DNA of 10,869 bases, from the NCBI GenBank assembly GCA_043827405.1, contig JBDRPD010000071.1, positions 1-10,869 on the forward strand, in the 5' to 3' direction. The DNA is from Elusimicrobiota bacterium. GTDB taxonomy: Bacteria > Elusimicrobiota > Elusimicrobia > UBA1565. The notes below the pieces were generated by a model. The model saw nothing but the letters and a program-made list of their open reading frames with translations. It searched no databases and was not told the origin of the DNA. The position numbers and the translations under genes are program-made. Every line of letters begins with the position of its first letter. Position 1 is the first letter of the stretch. Positions 1-7,691 of the stretch are shown here, one piece after another.

Positions 1-1015
1 CCATGGGGCCGCTGACCGAATTGCGCACGCGGCCGCCGCTGATGATCGAGCCGTTGCAGACCAGGGAGTCCAGAGCGACGCCCATCCGTCCTCCTTCGGA
101 GAACACGAACTTGGGCGGCGGGGTTTGTATGGGCTTCATGAAGATGGGCCAGTCGGTATCGTAGAGGTTGAAGAGGGGGTCGACCGCGACGAGGTCCATG
201 TGGGTTTCCCAGTACGCCTCGATGTTTCCCACGTCGCGCCAGTATTTGAACGCCTTCTTGTTCTCGTCGATGAACGGGCAGGCCATGACCTTGCCGCGCG
301 CCATCATCCTGCCGACGATATCGCGGCCGATGTCGTGGGAGCTCGCCGCGTCGGCGGCGTCCTCATCGAGCGTCGCGAAAAGGGGCTGGGGCCGGAAGGC
401 GTAGATGCCCATGCTCGCCATGCACATGTCCGGCCGGCCGGGGATGGCGGGGGCGGTCTCCGGGGGGGGTTTCTCCACAAAGCTCACGATCCGGTTGCCG
501 GCGTCCACCTCCAGGATGCCGAAGCGCCCGCTCTGGCCGCGCGGCACCTCGATGGCGCTGATCACCATGTCGGCGTTTTCTTCGTGCAGCATGTTGATCA
601 TGTGCCGGTAGTCCATCTTGTAGATATGGTCGCCGGAGAGGGACAGCAGGACGTCCGGGTTGACCTGCATGATCGAGGTCTTGTTCTGATGGATGGCGGC
701 GGCCGTGCCGGTGTACCACGTCTCTCCCGTGCGCTGCTGGGGCGGCAGCGGGTCGATGAACTCGCCGAGGTGGGGGCGGCTGATGAACCGCCAGGCCTCC
801 CGCAGGTGCGCGTCGAGCGAGCGCGACATGTACTGGGTGAGCACCAGGATCTTGCGCAGGCCCGAGTTGATGCAGTTGCTCAGCGACAAGTCGATGATGC
901 GGTACATCCCGGCGAAGGGCACCGCGGGCTTGGCGCGGTCGCGGGTGAGGGGCTCGAGCCGCTCGCCCTTGCCGCCGGCGAGCAGGACCACCAGCACCTT
1001 ATCGAGACGGATCAT
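1..1015 (-). CDS. glgC: Glucose-1-phosphate adenylyltransferase (ADP-glucose pyrophosphorylase), 3' end outside the window
   Basis: Manual translation from ATG at 1015-1013 gives MIRLDKVLVVLLAGGKGERLEPLTRDRAKPAVPFAGMYRIIDLSLSNCINSG...WYTGTAAAIHQN...LSGDHIYKMDY...FVEKP...ASMGIY...YWRDVG...DSLVCNGSIISGGRVRNSV. These are the GlgC Gly-rich loop, RAKPAV, GDH and FxEKP motifs plus the start of the beta-helix. The frame is open to the window edge. An in-frame GTG lies 12 nt further upstream. Confidence 0.96.
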   Translation of the reverse strand, partial: MIRLDKVLVVLLAGGKGERLEPLTRDRAKPAVPFAGMYRIIDLSLSNCINSGLRKILVLTQYMSRSLDAHLREAWRFISRPHLGEFIDPLPPQQRTGETWYTGTAAAIHQNKTSIMQVNPDVLLSLSGDHIYKMDYRHMINMLHEENADMVISAIEVPRGQSGRFGILEVDAGNRIVSFVEKPPPETAPAIPGRPDMCMASMGIYAFRPQPLFATLDEDAADAASSHDIGRDIVGRMMARGKVMACPFIDENKKAFKYWRDVGNIEAYWETHMDLVAVDPLFNLYDTDWPIFMKPIQTPPPKFVFSEGGRMGVALDSLVCNGSIISGGRVRNSVSGPM

Positions 1016-1137
1016 ATTGTCTATCACATTAGCTCACCGGGGATTGTTTCACCCTAGCAGAAGGATACACCGTACGGCTGGGAAGCGCCAGGGGGCCACT
1101 GGCGCATTCTCACCGCGCGGGCTAAGCTTTCTACAGA

Positions 1138-1908
1138 ATGGAAGGCAGCCCCCTGATTTTCGCGGTCCTCCTGGCCGCCTGGCCGGCCGCCGCCGAGGCG
1201 CCCAAGACCGTCGAGTGGGTGACTATTCGCGGCGGCGGCTTCACTATGGGGTCGGACAGCGGCGAGCAGGATGAGCAGCCCCGGCACCGGGTGAAAGTCA
1301 GGACTTTCCAGATGGCGAAGACCGAGGTGACGGTCGCGCAGTACGGCGCCTGCGTGCGCGCCGGCGGCTGCTCCCCGCCCGGCGCGGAAGGAAACTGCAA
1401 TTGGAGCCAGGCCGAGCGCGATGATCACCCGGTGAACTGCGTGGACTGGAACCAGGCCAAGGCGTTCGCGCAATGGGCGGGCGGCAGGCTGCCGAGCGAG
1501 GCCGAGTGGGAGTACGCGGCCAGGAGCCGCGGAAAGGCCCGCGCGTACCCTTGGGGCGACAAGCAGGCCTCCTGCGCCAGGGCGGTGATGCTCGACGAGG
1601 CCCTTGGCTGCGGGAAGGGATCGACTTGGCCCGTATGCTCAAGGCCGGACGGAAACACGAAGCAGGGCTTGTGCGATATGGCCGGCAGCGTATGGGAATG
1701 GGTCGAGGACCGGTACCATGGTTCATATGCCGGCGCGCCGGCCGACGGCAGCGCCTGGGAGGCGTCCGCGAGCTCCGGCCGGGTCGAACGCGGCGGCTCC
1801 TGGGACTACTCCATGGGGGGCGTCCGGGCGGCCAATCGCAGCAGCAATGACCCGGACTTCCGCAATGTCGGCCTCGGCTTTCGCCTGGCGAGGGATGCCG
1901 CGCCCTAA
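1138..1908 (+). CDS. Secreted SUMF1/EgtB/PvdO-family (FGE-sulfatase domain) protein
   Basis: Signal-peptide-like N-terminus (LIFAVLLAAWPAAA-EA). Family motifs: GGGFTMGS, DEQPRHRV, EVTVAQY, HPVNCVDW, RLPSEAEWEYAAR, YPWG, GLCDMAGSVWEW, RGGSW, GFRLAR. Confidence 0.92.
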   Translation: MEGSPLIFAVLLAAWPAAAEAPKTVEWVTIRGGGFTMGSDSGEQDEQPRHRVKVRTFQMAKTEVTVAQYGACVRAGGCSPPGAEGNCNWSQAERDDHPVNCVDWNQAKAFAQWAGGRLPSEAEWEYAARSRGKARAYPWGDKQASCARAVMLDEALGCGKGSTWPVCSRPDGNTKQGLCDMAGSVWEWVEDRYHGSYAGAPADGSAWEASASSGRVERGGSWDYSMGGVRAANRSSNDPDFRNVGLGFRLARDAAP

Positions 1909-1941
1909 AGCCGCCGCGGGCCGCGCCGGTACGGCCTAAAC

Positions 1942-1950
1942 TGGTAAACT
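1942..1950 (+). promoter_or_regulatory. Putative extended -10 promoter (TGgTAAACT) for a leaderless POT transcript
   Basis: TG-n-TAAACT at 1942-1950 ends 7 nt before the ATG at 1958, and there is no Shine-Dalgarno. A second TAAACT lies at 1937-1942. Confidence 0.55.
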
Positions 1951-1957
1951 CCTGTCC

Positions 1958-3361
1958 ATGGCGAACTCCTCCGCGCAAGATGACCGCTTTCCCCCGCAGA
2001 TCAAGTATATCGTCGGCAACGAAGCCTGCGAGCGCTTCAGCTTTTATGGGATGCGCAGCATCCTCGTCATCTTCATGGTTCAGTATCTCGCGCGGGAGGA
2101 GTCGACGTCCAAGGCCGTCTACCACCTTTTCGTAAGCGCCTGCTACCTGTTTCCGCTCATCGGCGCTTACATTTCCGACCGCTACTGGGGCAAGTACCGG
2201 ACCATCCTCTGGCTTTCCATCGTCTACTGTATCGGGCACGGCGTGCTCGCCTTGTGGGAGAACCAGCAGGGCCTCTATGCCGGGCTGTTTTTGATCGCGG
2301 TCGGCTCGGGCGGCATCAAGCCCTGCGTCTCCGCCCATGTCGGGGACCAGTTCACCGAGAAGAACAAGCATCTGGTCACCAAGATATTCGACGTCTTCTA
2401 CTGGGCCATCAACTTCGGCTCGTTCTTCTCTACCTTGATTATCCCCTGGGTGCTGCCCAAGTTCGGTCCCGGCTGGGCCTTCGGCATTCCCGGCATCCTG
2501 ATGGCGATCGCCACCTGGGTGTTCTGGCTGGGGCGCAAGATTTACGTGCATGTCCCGCCCACGGGCAAGACCGGCGCGACGGGATTTATGCCGGTATTTC
2601 TGTACGCGCTGCGGAATATGAAGCAGCGGAAGAAAGGACAGAGCTTCTTTGATACGGCCCGGGTCCGCTATTCTGAGTCGGAGGTGGATGGGGCGGAGGC
2701 CGCGGCCGCGGTCTTCAAGGTTTTCGCCACGGTCTCGGTTTTCTGGTCGCTCTTTGATCAGCATGGCTCGAGCTGGGTCCTGCAGGCCAAAAGCATGAAC
2801 CTGCACGTGCTGGGCATGGACTTCCTGCCCTCGCAGATCTCGGCGCTCAACCCGATTATGGTCATGGCGCTCATCCCCATATTTTCGTACGGCGTCTATC
2901 CGGCGATCGAACGGCTGGGGGTAAAGACGACGCCGCTGCGCCGCATGTCGGCCGGGATGGCCGTCGCGGCCTCGTCATTCGTGGTCGTGGGTCTGCTGCA
3001 GATTCCGATCGACCGCGGGGTCGCGGTATCGGTGGCCTGGCAGTTCATCCCCTACCTGCTGATCACGGTCGCCGAGATCATGATCTCGATCACCGGTCTC
3101 GAGTTCGCCTACACCCAGGCCCCGCGCGCGATGAAGAGCACCATTATGAGCTTCTGGCTGCTCACCATATTCGCGGGCAATCTCTTTACCGCCTATATCT
3201 CCAAGATCAATATCTTCGAGGGGGCCTGGTTCTTCTTCTTCTTCGCCGGCCTTATGGCCGCGGTTTCGCTCATCTTCATCTGGAGCGCCGCCCGCTACCG
3301 GGTGCGCGACTACGTCGAAGACGGGACCTACGGCGTCAGCCCGGAGTTCGCTGAGGAATAA
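1958..3361 (+). CDS. POT/PTR-family proton-coupled di/tripeptide transporter (MFS), PepTSo/PepT1-like
   Basis: ExxERFxxYG motif (EACERFSFYG), GAYISDRYWGKYRTI, GSGGIKPCVSAHVGDQF, FYWAINFGS, SLFDQHGSSW, ALNP, EIMISITGLEFAYTQAP. Multiple hydrophobic TM segments. Confidence 0.95.
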   Translation: MANSSAQDDRFPPQIKYIVGNEACERFSFYGMRSILVIFMVQYLAREESTSKAVYHLFVSACYLFPLIGAYISDRYWGKYRTILWLSIVYCIGHGVLALWENQQGLYAGLFLIAVGSGGIKPCVSAHVGDQFTEKNKHLVTKIFDVFYWAINFGSFFSTLIIPWVLPKFGPGWAFGIPGILMAIATWVFWLGRKIYVHVPPTGKTGATGFMPVFLYALRNMKQRKKGQSFFDTARVRYSESEVDGAEAAAAVFKVFATVSVFWSLFDQHGSSWVLQAKSMNLHVLGMDFLPSQISALNPIMVMALIPIFSYGVYPAIERLGVKTTPLRRMSAGMAVAASSFVVVGLLQIPIDRGVAVSVAWQFIPYLLITVAEIMISITGLEFAYTQAPRAMKSTIMSFWLLTIFAGNLFTAYISKINIFEGAWFFFFFAGLMAAVSLIFIWSAARYRVRDYVEDGTYGVSPEFAEE

Positions 3362-3389
3362 GCGGTTTCCGCCCGCCCGGCGCGACACT

Positions 3390-3404
3390 TTGGCGGTCCG
3401 CCAA
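3390..3404. repeat. Perfect inverted repeat TTGGCGG-T-CCGCCAA upstream of the TolC gene (candidate operator or hairpin)
   Basis: 7-bp arms at 3390-3396 and 3398-3404 with a 1-nt centre. It extends with ACT/AGT if one base is bulged. There is no U-tract. Confidence 0.45.
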
Positions 3405-3428
3405 GAGTCTAACCTGTGGAGGCGGAAA

Positions 3429-4691
3429 ATGAGGAAGACAAACCGGGCAGCCCTGCCGCTCGCCGTTTTGGCCGCGATATCCATGCCGGCATGGGCGGCC
3501 GAGCCGGCTCTTTTGACCTGGGAGACGGCGGTGACGGAAGCCGAGCAGTATAATCCTTCCCTGGCGGCCGCCAAGAGTACGGTGCTCAAGGCCGAGGCCG
3601 CGCTCAAGGCGAGCTACAGCGCCTTCCTCCCCAGCCTCTCCGCGAACGGGAGCTACTCTCTCAGCGACACCGAGACCAGCCTGCAGGCCAAGCAATACAG
3701 CATGGGGCTCTCCGGCCGGCAGAGCCTGTTCTCCGGATTTCGCGACAAGGCCACTTTGGACCGGCGGCGGGCCGAGCTCGACAGCGCGCAGATGCAGCAG
3801 CGCGCGGCCCAGGCGCAGGTGAGCTACGATCTCCGGCGCAGCTTCTCCGATCTGCTCTATGCCCAGGAGCGCGTCGTCCTGGCCGACAGCATCGCCTCCC
3901 GCCGCAAGGAGAACCTGCGCCTGCTCGAACTGCGCTTCGAGGCGGGCAAGGAGCATAAGGGCTCCTATCTCCGGATCAAGGCGGCTTACCGGGATGCCGA
4001 ATTTGAGGCCGCCAGGTCCAAGCGCGCATTGCAGGTCGGGCAAAGAGCGTTGGCCGCGGCCTTGGGCCGAGCGAACTTCGGCGTCCTCGTCGCTACGGGC
4101 AGCCTGCAGTTGTCGCCGGAGACGGACGATCCGGACTACGACTCCTTGGTCCGGCAGACTCCGGAGTACCGCCGCGCCTCGGCGCAGGTCCTTTCGGCGC
4201 AGGCCGGGGTGACGATCTCGCGCAGCCAATTCGTGCCTGAGCTCTCCGCCTCCGCCTCGGGGTCGCGCAGCGCCGAGACCTGGCCGCCCTACCGTGACCG
4301 CTGGTCCACCGGTTTAAGCATCTCCCTGCCGCTGTTTTCCGGCGGCCAGGACTATCAAGGCGTCAAAGGCGCCAAGGCGGAAGAGCGCCGCGCGGCGGCG
4401 GCCCTCGCCGACCTGCGCAACGAGCTCGCGCTGAAGCTGCAGAATTCCTTTATCTCCATGCAGGACGCCGCGGAAAAAACCGAAGTCCAGAAAGAGTTCT
4501 TGGCGGCGGCCGAAGTGCGCGCGGAGATATCGAGAAGCCAATATACGAGCGGCCTGCTCGACTTCGATGATTGGGACATTATCGAGAACGATCTCATAGA
4601 CAAGCAGAAGACCATGCTCTCCAGCCTCAAGGACGCCTCCGTCGCGGTCGCGGGCTGGGAACTAGCCAAGGGCGTAGGAGTAATACGATGA
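3429..4691 (+). CDS. TolC-family outer membrane efflux protein
   Basis: ATG at 3429 is preceded by GGAGG (3418-3422), so it is preferred over the ORF-track TTG at 3390. Signal peptide MRKTNRAALPLAVLAAISMPAWA. Two OEP repeats (YNPSL...FLPSLS...QSLFSG; TPEY...FVPELS...ISLPLFSGG). The stop overlaps the next ATG (ATGA, 4688-4691). Confidence 0.92.
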   Translation: MRKTNRAALPLAVLAAISMPAWAAEPALLTWETAVTEAEQYNPSLAAAKSTVLKAEAALKASYSAFLPSLSANGSYSLSDTETSLQAKQYSMGLSGRQSLFSGFRDKATLDRRRAELDSAQMQQRAAQAQVSYDLRRSFSDLLYAQERVVLADSIASRRKENLRLLELRFEAGKEHKGSYLRIKAAYRDAEFEAARSKRALQVGQRALAAALGRANFGVLVATGSLQLSPETDDPDYDSLVRQTPEYRRASAQVLSAQAGVTISRSQFVPELSASASGSRSAETWPPYRDRWSTGLSISLPLFSGGQDYQGVKGAKAEERRAAAALADLRNELALKLQNSFISMQDAAEKTEVQKEFLAAAEVRAEISRSQYTSGLLDFDDWDIIENDLIDKQKTMLSSLKDASVAVAGWELAKGVGVIR

Positions 4692-5686
4692 CCCGCAAGA
4701 GAATTGTAATTCTTTCACTCGTAATCGTCGTCGTGGGCGCGGTTCCGGCATGGAAGTGGACGCAGCGCAAAAGCGACCGCCCCAGCTTCGCGCCGGTTCG
4801 CGTCGAGCGCGGCGACATCGAGATCACCATCCTCGCCACCGGCGTCGTCCAGCCGCAGAACCGGGTCGAGATCAAGCCGCCTATCGCGGGCCGCGCCGAG
4901 ATCATCCTGGTCAAGGAAGGACAAGCCGTAAAGCGGGGACAGCTTTTGGCGTGGATGAGCTCCACCGAGCGCGCGGCGCTCCTCGACGCCGCCCGCGCGA
5001 AGGGCCCCGAAGAGCTGGCGCATTGGGAGGAACTTTATAAGCCGGCGCCGCTGGTGGCGCCGCTTGACGGCGTCATCATCTCCCGGGACGTGGAGCCGGG
5101 CCAGTCGGTATCGGCCCAGGATGCGGTATTTGTCATGTCCGACCGGCTGATCGTCAAGGCGCAGGTCGATGAGACGGATATCGGCAGCGTCCATGTCGGC
5201 CAGCCGGCGACTATCGGCCTCGATGCCTATCCGGATGAGTCCGTCGAGGGGAAGGTGGATCATGTCGCCTTTGAGGCCAAAACCGTCAGCAACGTCACGA
5301 TATATGAAGTGGACGTTTTGCCTCGGCAGGTTCCCAAATTCATGCGCAGCGGCATGACCGCCAACGTCAAGTTTTTGCTGGACTCCAGGACCGACGTGCT
5401 GGTCCTCCCGTCGCAAGCCGTCAAAACGCGCGACGACCGGTCCATGGTGCTGACCCGGGACCCCGAAGGCGGCCAGCGTCCCGTCCGGGTGCAGATTGAG
5501 GCCGGCCTTTCGGACGGCAAGGTGACCGAAGTGGTCTCCGGGCTGGAGGAAGACGACGAGGTCCTGATCCGCCAGATCAATATTTCCAAAAAGGGCCAGG
5601 AAGCGGGAACCAATCCCTTCATGCCGATGGGCCGCGGACGTGGGGGGGGGCGAAGCGGCGGCGGGGGCGGCTCTCGCGGGCACTAA
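4688..5686 (+). CDS. Periplasmic adaptor / membrane fusion protein (MacA-like)
   Basis: Start ATG 4688 has AGGAG 7 nt upstream and an ATGA overlap with tolC. N-terminal TM anchor (RIVILSLVIVVVGAV). Motifs: VERGDI, ATGVVQP, lipoyl halves VKEGQAVKRGQLLA and APLDGVI...VEPGQSV, VDETDIG, GMTANV, GLSDG...EVVSGL. The alpha-hairpin is very short and the tail is Gly/Arg-rich. Confidence 0.93.
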   Translation: MTRKRIVILSLVIVVVGAVPAWKWTQRKSDRPSFAPVRVERGDIEITILATGVVQPQNRVEIKPPIAGRAEIILVKEGQAVKRGQLLAWMSSTERAALLDAARAKGPEELAHWEELYKPAPLVAPLDGVIISRDVEPGQSVSAQDAVFVMSDRLIVKAQVDETDIGSVHVGQPATIGLDAYPDESVEGKVDHVAFEAKTVSNVTIYEVDVLPRQVPKFMRSGMTANVKFLLDSRTDVLVLPSQAVKTRDDRSMVLTRDPEGGQRPVRVQIEAGLSDGKVTEVVSGLEEDDEVLIRQINISKKGQEAGTNPFMPMGRGRGGGRSGGGGGSRGH

Positions 5687-5699
5687 AGCCGCGCCGATC

Positions 5700-7673
5700 A
5701 TGATCCAGCTCAAAGACGTGCACAAGGCGTACCAGATGGGCGAGATGACGGTCCATGCCCTCAAGGGCGTCACTCTGACCATTCAGGAAGGCGAGTTCGT
5801 CGCCATCATGGGGCCTTCGGGCTCGGGCAAGTCCACGCTCATGCACGTGCTCGGCCTGCTGGATGTGCCGGACTCGGGCGTCTATTCCCTCCATGGCCGG
5901 GAGGTTTCGGACCTCTCCGAGGATGAGCTGGCGGCTCTGCGCGGCAAGACGCTGGGATTCATTTTTCAGCAGTTCAACCTGCTGGCGCGGACCAGCAGCT
6001 TGGAGAACGTGAGCCTGCCGCTCATCTACTCCGACAACGGCCATGACCCCGGCCGGCCGGGCAAGCTTCTCGAGGATGTCGGCCTGGGCGACCGGCTCGA
6101 GCACAAGCCCAATGAGCTCTCGGGAGGACAGCAGCAGCGGGTGGCCATCGCGCGCTCGCTGATCAATCAGCCCCGCGTGCTCTTCGCCGACGAGCCGACC
6201 GGGAACCTGGACTCGAAAAGCGGTACGGAGATCATGGCCCTGCTCAAGCGGCTCAACGCCCAGGGCATCACCGTGGTGATCGTGACGCATGATCCCGAGG
6301 TGGGCAAGCAGGCCCGGCGGATTATCCGCATGCGCGACGGCGAGGTCCAGTCGGACGAGACCGTCGACGCGGCCGCTCCCGCGCCGGCGTCTCCCGTCGA
6401 ACCGGCCGGACCCGCCGCGCCTTTGCAGCGGCGCAAGCTCTCTCTCGCGGCGAGCCTGCGGGAATCGATGGCGCATCTGCGGCAGGCGATCCGGGCGCTG
6501 CTTTCAAATAAAGTCCGCACCTTGCTGTCCATGCTCGGCATCCTTATCGGGGTCGCCGCCGTGGTCGCGATGCTCGCTTTAGGCACCGGCGCCCAGCGGT
6601 CCATTGAAAAACAGCTGGCGTCCATGGGCTCCAACCTTCTCAGCGTGCGTCCCGGATCGCGCCGCTCGGGCGGGGTCAGCTCGGAGTCCGGCGCCGGCAC
6701 CCGGCTGACGCCGGATGACGCGGCCGCCATCGCCAAGCTGGACGGGGTCCGCTACGTCTGCCCGACCGTCAGCGGACGGGGGCAGGTGGTCTTCGGCAAC
6801 AAGAACTGGAGCACCCAGGTGGAGGGCGTGACGCCCGAGTACGCCGCGATGCGGGCCTCCGAGCCGGAGATCGGGCGCTTCTTTACCGCGGATGAGAACC
6901 GCCGCCGGGCCAGGGTCGCGGTGCTGGGGATGACCTTGGTGCGGGAGCTCTTCGATGGGCGCAATCCCATCGGCGAGTCCATCAAGCTCAACCGCATCAG
7001 TTTCCTGGTCGTCGGCATCATGCCCGAGAAGGGAAGTTCCGGATTCCGGGATCGGGACGACACCATCGCCATTCCGCTGAATACCGCCATGCGCCGGGTT
7101 TTGGGGAAGAAGTACGTCGACGGCATAGACATCGAGGCCCGGAGCGCCGAGGATCTGGAGTCCGTGCAGGCGGCGGCGGAACAGCTCCTTATTAAAACCC
7201 ACCGCGTTCCGCCCGCCCGCCAGGAGGGCGCCTTCCGCATCCGCAACTACGCCGAGATTCAGGAAGCCGTGAGCTCCACCAGCAAGACTATGGGGACGCT
7301 CCTGGCCTCTATCGCCGCCATCTCGCTCCTGGTGGGCGGCATCGGCATCATGAATATCATGCTGGTCTCGGTCACCGAGCGTACCCGCGAGATCGGCCTG
7401 CGCAAGGCCGTGGGCGCGAGCCGCCGGGACATCCTGATGCAGTTTCTTATCGAGGCGGTGGTCATCAGCCTCGCCGGAGGCGTCTCGGGTGTTCTTCTCG
7501 GCTGGAGCATCACCTTCGCGATGTCAAAGCTGGCGGGCTGGGCCGCAGTCGTTTCGCCGGCCTCGGTGATCCTCGCGGTGGCGTTCTCCGGCGGGGTGGG
7601 CATCGTCTTCGGCTTATGGCCGGCGCGCAAAGCCGCGTCCTTGCATCCCATCGACGCGCTGCGCTACGAGTAG
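5700..7673 (+). CDS. MacB-like ABC transporter, fused ATPase + FtsX-type permease
   Basis: The NBD begins at ATG 5700 ([11 protein letters not shown]). Walker [10 protein letters not shown]-loop FIFQQFNL, signature LSGGQQQRV, Walker B VLFADEP, H-switch VTHD. The permease has [19 protein letters not shown], a periplasmic domain, [28 protein letters not shown] and a C-terminal PIDALRYE. Confidence 0.95.
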   Translation: MIQLKDVHKAYQMGEMTVHALKGVTLTIQEGEFVAIMGPSGSGKSTLMHVLGLLDVPDSGVYSLHGREVSDLSEDELAALRGKTLGFIFQQFNLLARTSSLENVSLPLIYSDNGHDPGRPGKLLEDVGLGDRLEHKPNELSGGQQQRVAIARSLINQPRVLFADEPTGNLDSKSGTEIMALLKRLNAQGITVVIVTHDPEVGKQARRIIRMRDGEVQSDETVDAAAPAPASPVEPAGPAAPLQRRKLSLAASLRESMAHLRQAIRALLSNKVRTLLSMLGILIGVAAVVAMLALGTGAQRSIEKQLASMGSNLLSVRPGSRRSGGVSSESGAGTRLTPDDAAAIAKLDGVRYVCPTVSGRGQVVFGNKNWSTQVEGVTPEYAAMRASEPEIGRFFTADENRRRARVAVLGMTLVRELFDGRNPIGESIKLNRISFLVVGIMPEKGSSGFRDRDDTIAIPLNTAMRRVLGKKYVDGIDIEARSAEDLESVQAAAEQLLIKTHRVPPARQEGAFRIRNYAEIQEAVSSTSKTMGTLLASIAAISLLVGGIGIMNIMLVSVTERTREIGLRKAVGASRRDILMQFLIEAVVISLAGGVSGVLLGWSITFAMSKLAGWAAVVSPASVILAVAFSGGVGIVFGLWPARKAASLHPIDALRYE

Positions 7674-7691
7674 TTTGCCGCGCGCCGTGCC

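Noticed and set aside
462..469. G8 tract inside glgC
   Set aside because: It encodes the Pro run after FVEK in a housekeeping enzyme and the frame is intact. No reason to invoke phase variation.
1013..1028. Possible CRP/FNR box at the glgC start
   Set aside because: Only one half-site (TCACA) matches. The other half reads CATAT.
125..1057. 310-aa plus-strand ORF
   Set aside because: Antisense shadow of glgC with no recognisable motifs. Such ORFs are typical of high-GC codon bias.
1915..1925. CGCGG-G-CCGCG palindrome resembling the core of the tolC-upstream palindrome
   Set aside because: An all-GC 5-bp arm is expected by chance at this GC content, and there is no U-tract.
1298..2806. 502-aa minus-strand ORF, and similar long antisense ORFs at 3336-4229, 4715-5782, 5619-6476 and 8166-9509
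   Set aside because: They lie opposite well-supported genes and have no domain signatures.
5620..5686. RGG-like tail of the adaptor protein as an RNA-binding motif
   Set aside because: Gly/Arg-rich disordered tails are common on MacA-like adaptors, and this end is predicted to be periplasmic.
3390..5699. ORF-track starts at 3390, 4571 and 5640
   Set aside because: Signal peptide/TM position, SD motifs, the ATGA overlap and the NBD boundary favour 3429, 4688 and 5700.
7674..7691. Expected bidirectional terminator between the convergent macB and kinase genes
   Set aside because: The gap is only 18 bp with no convincing stem plus U-tract.
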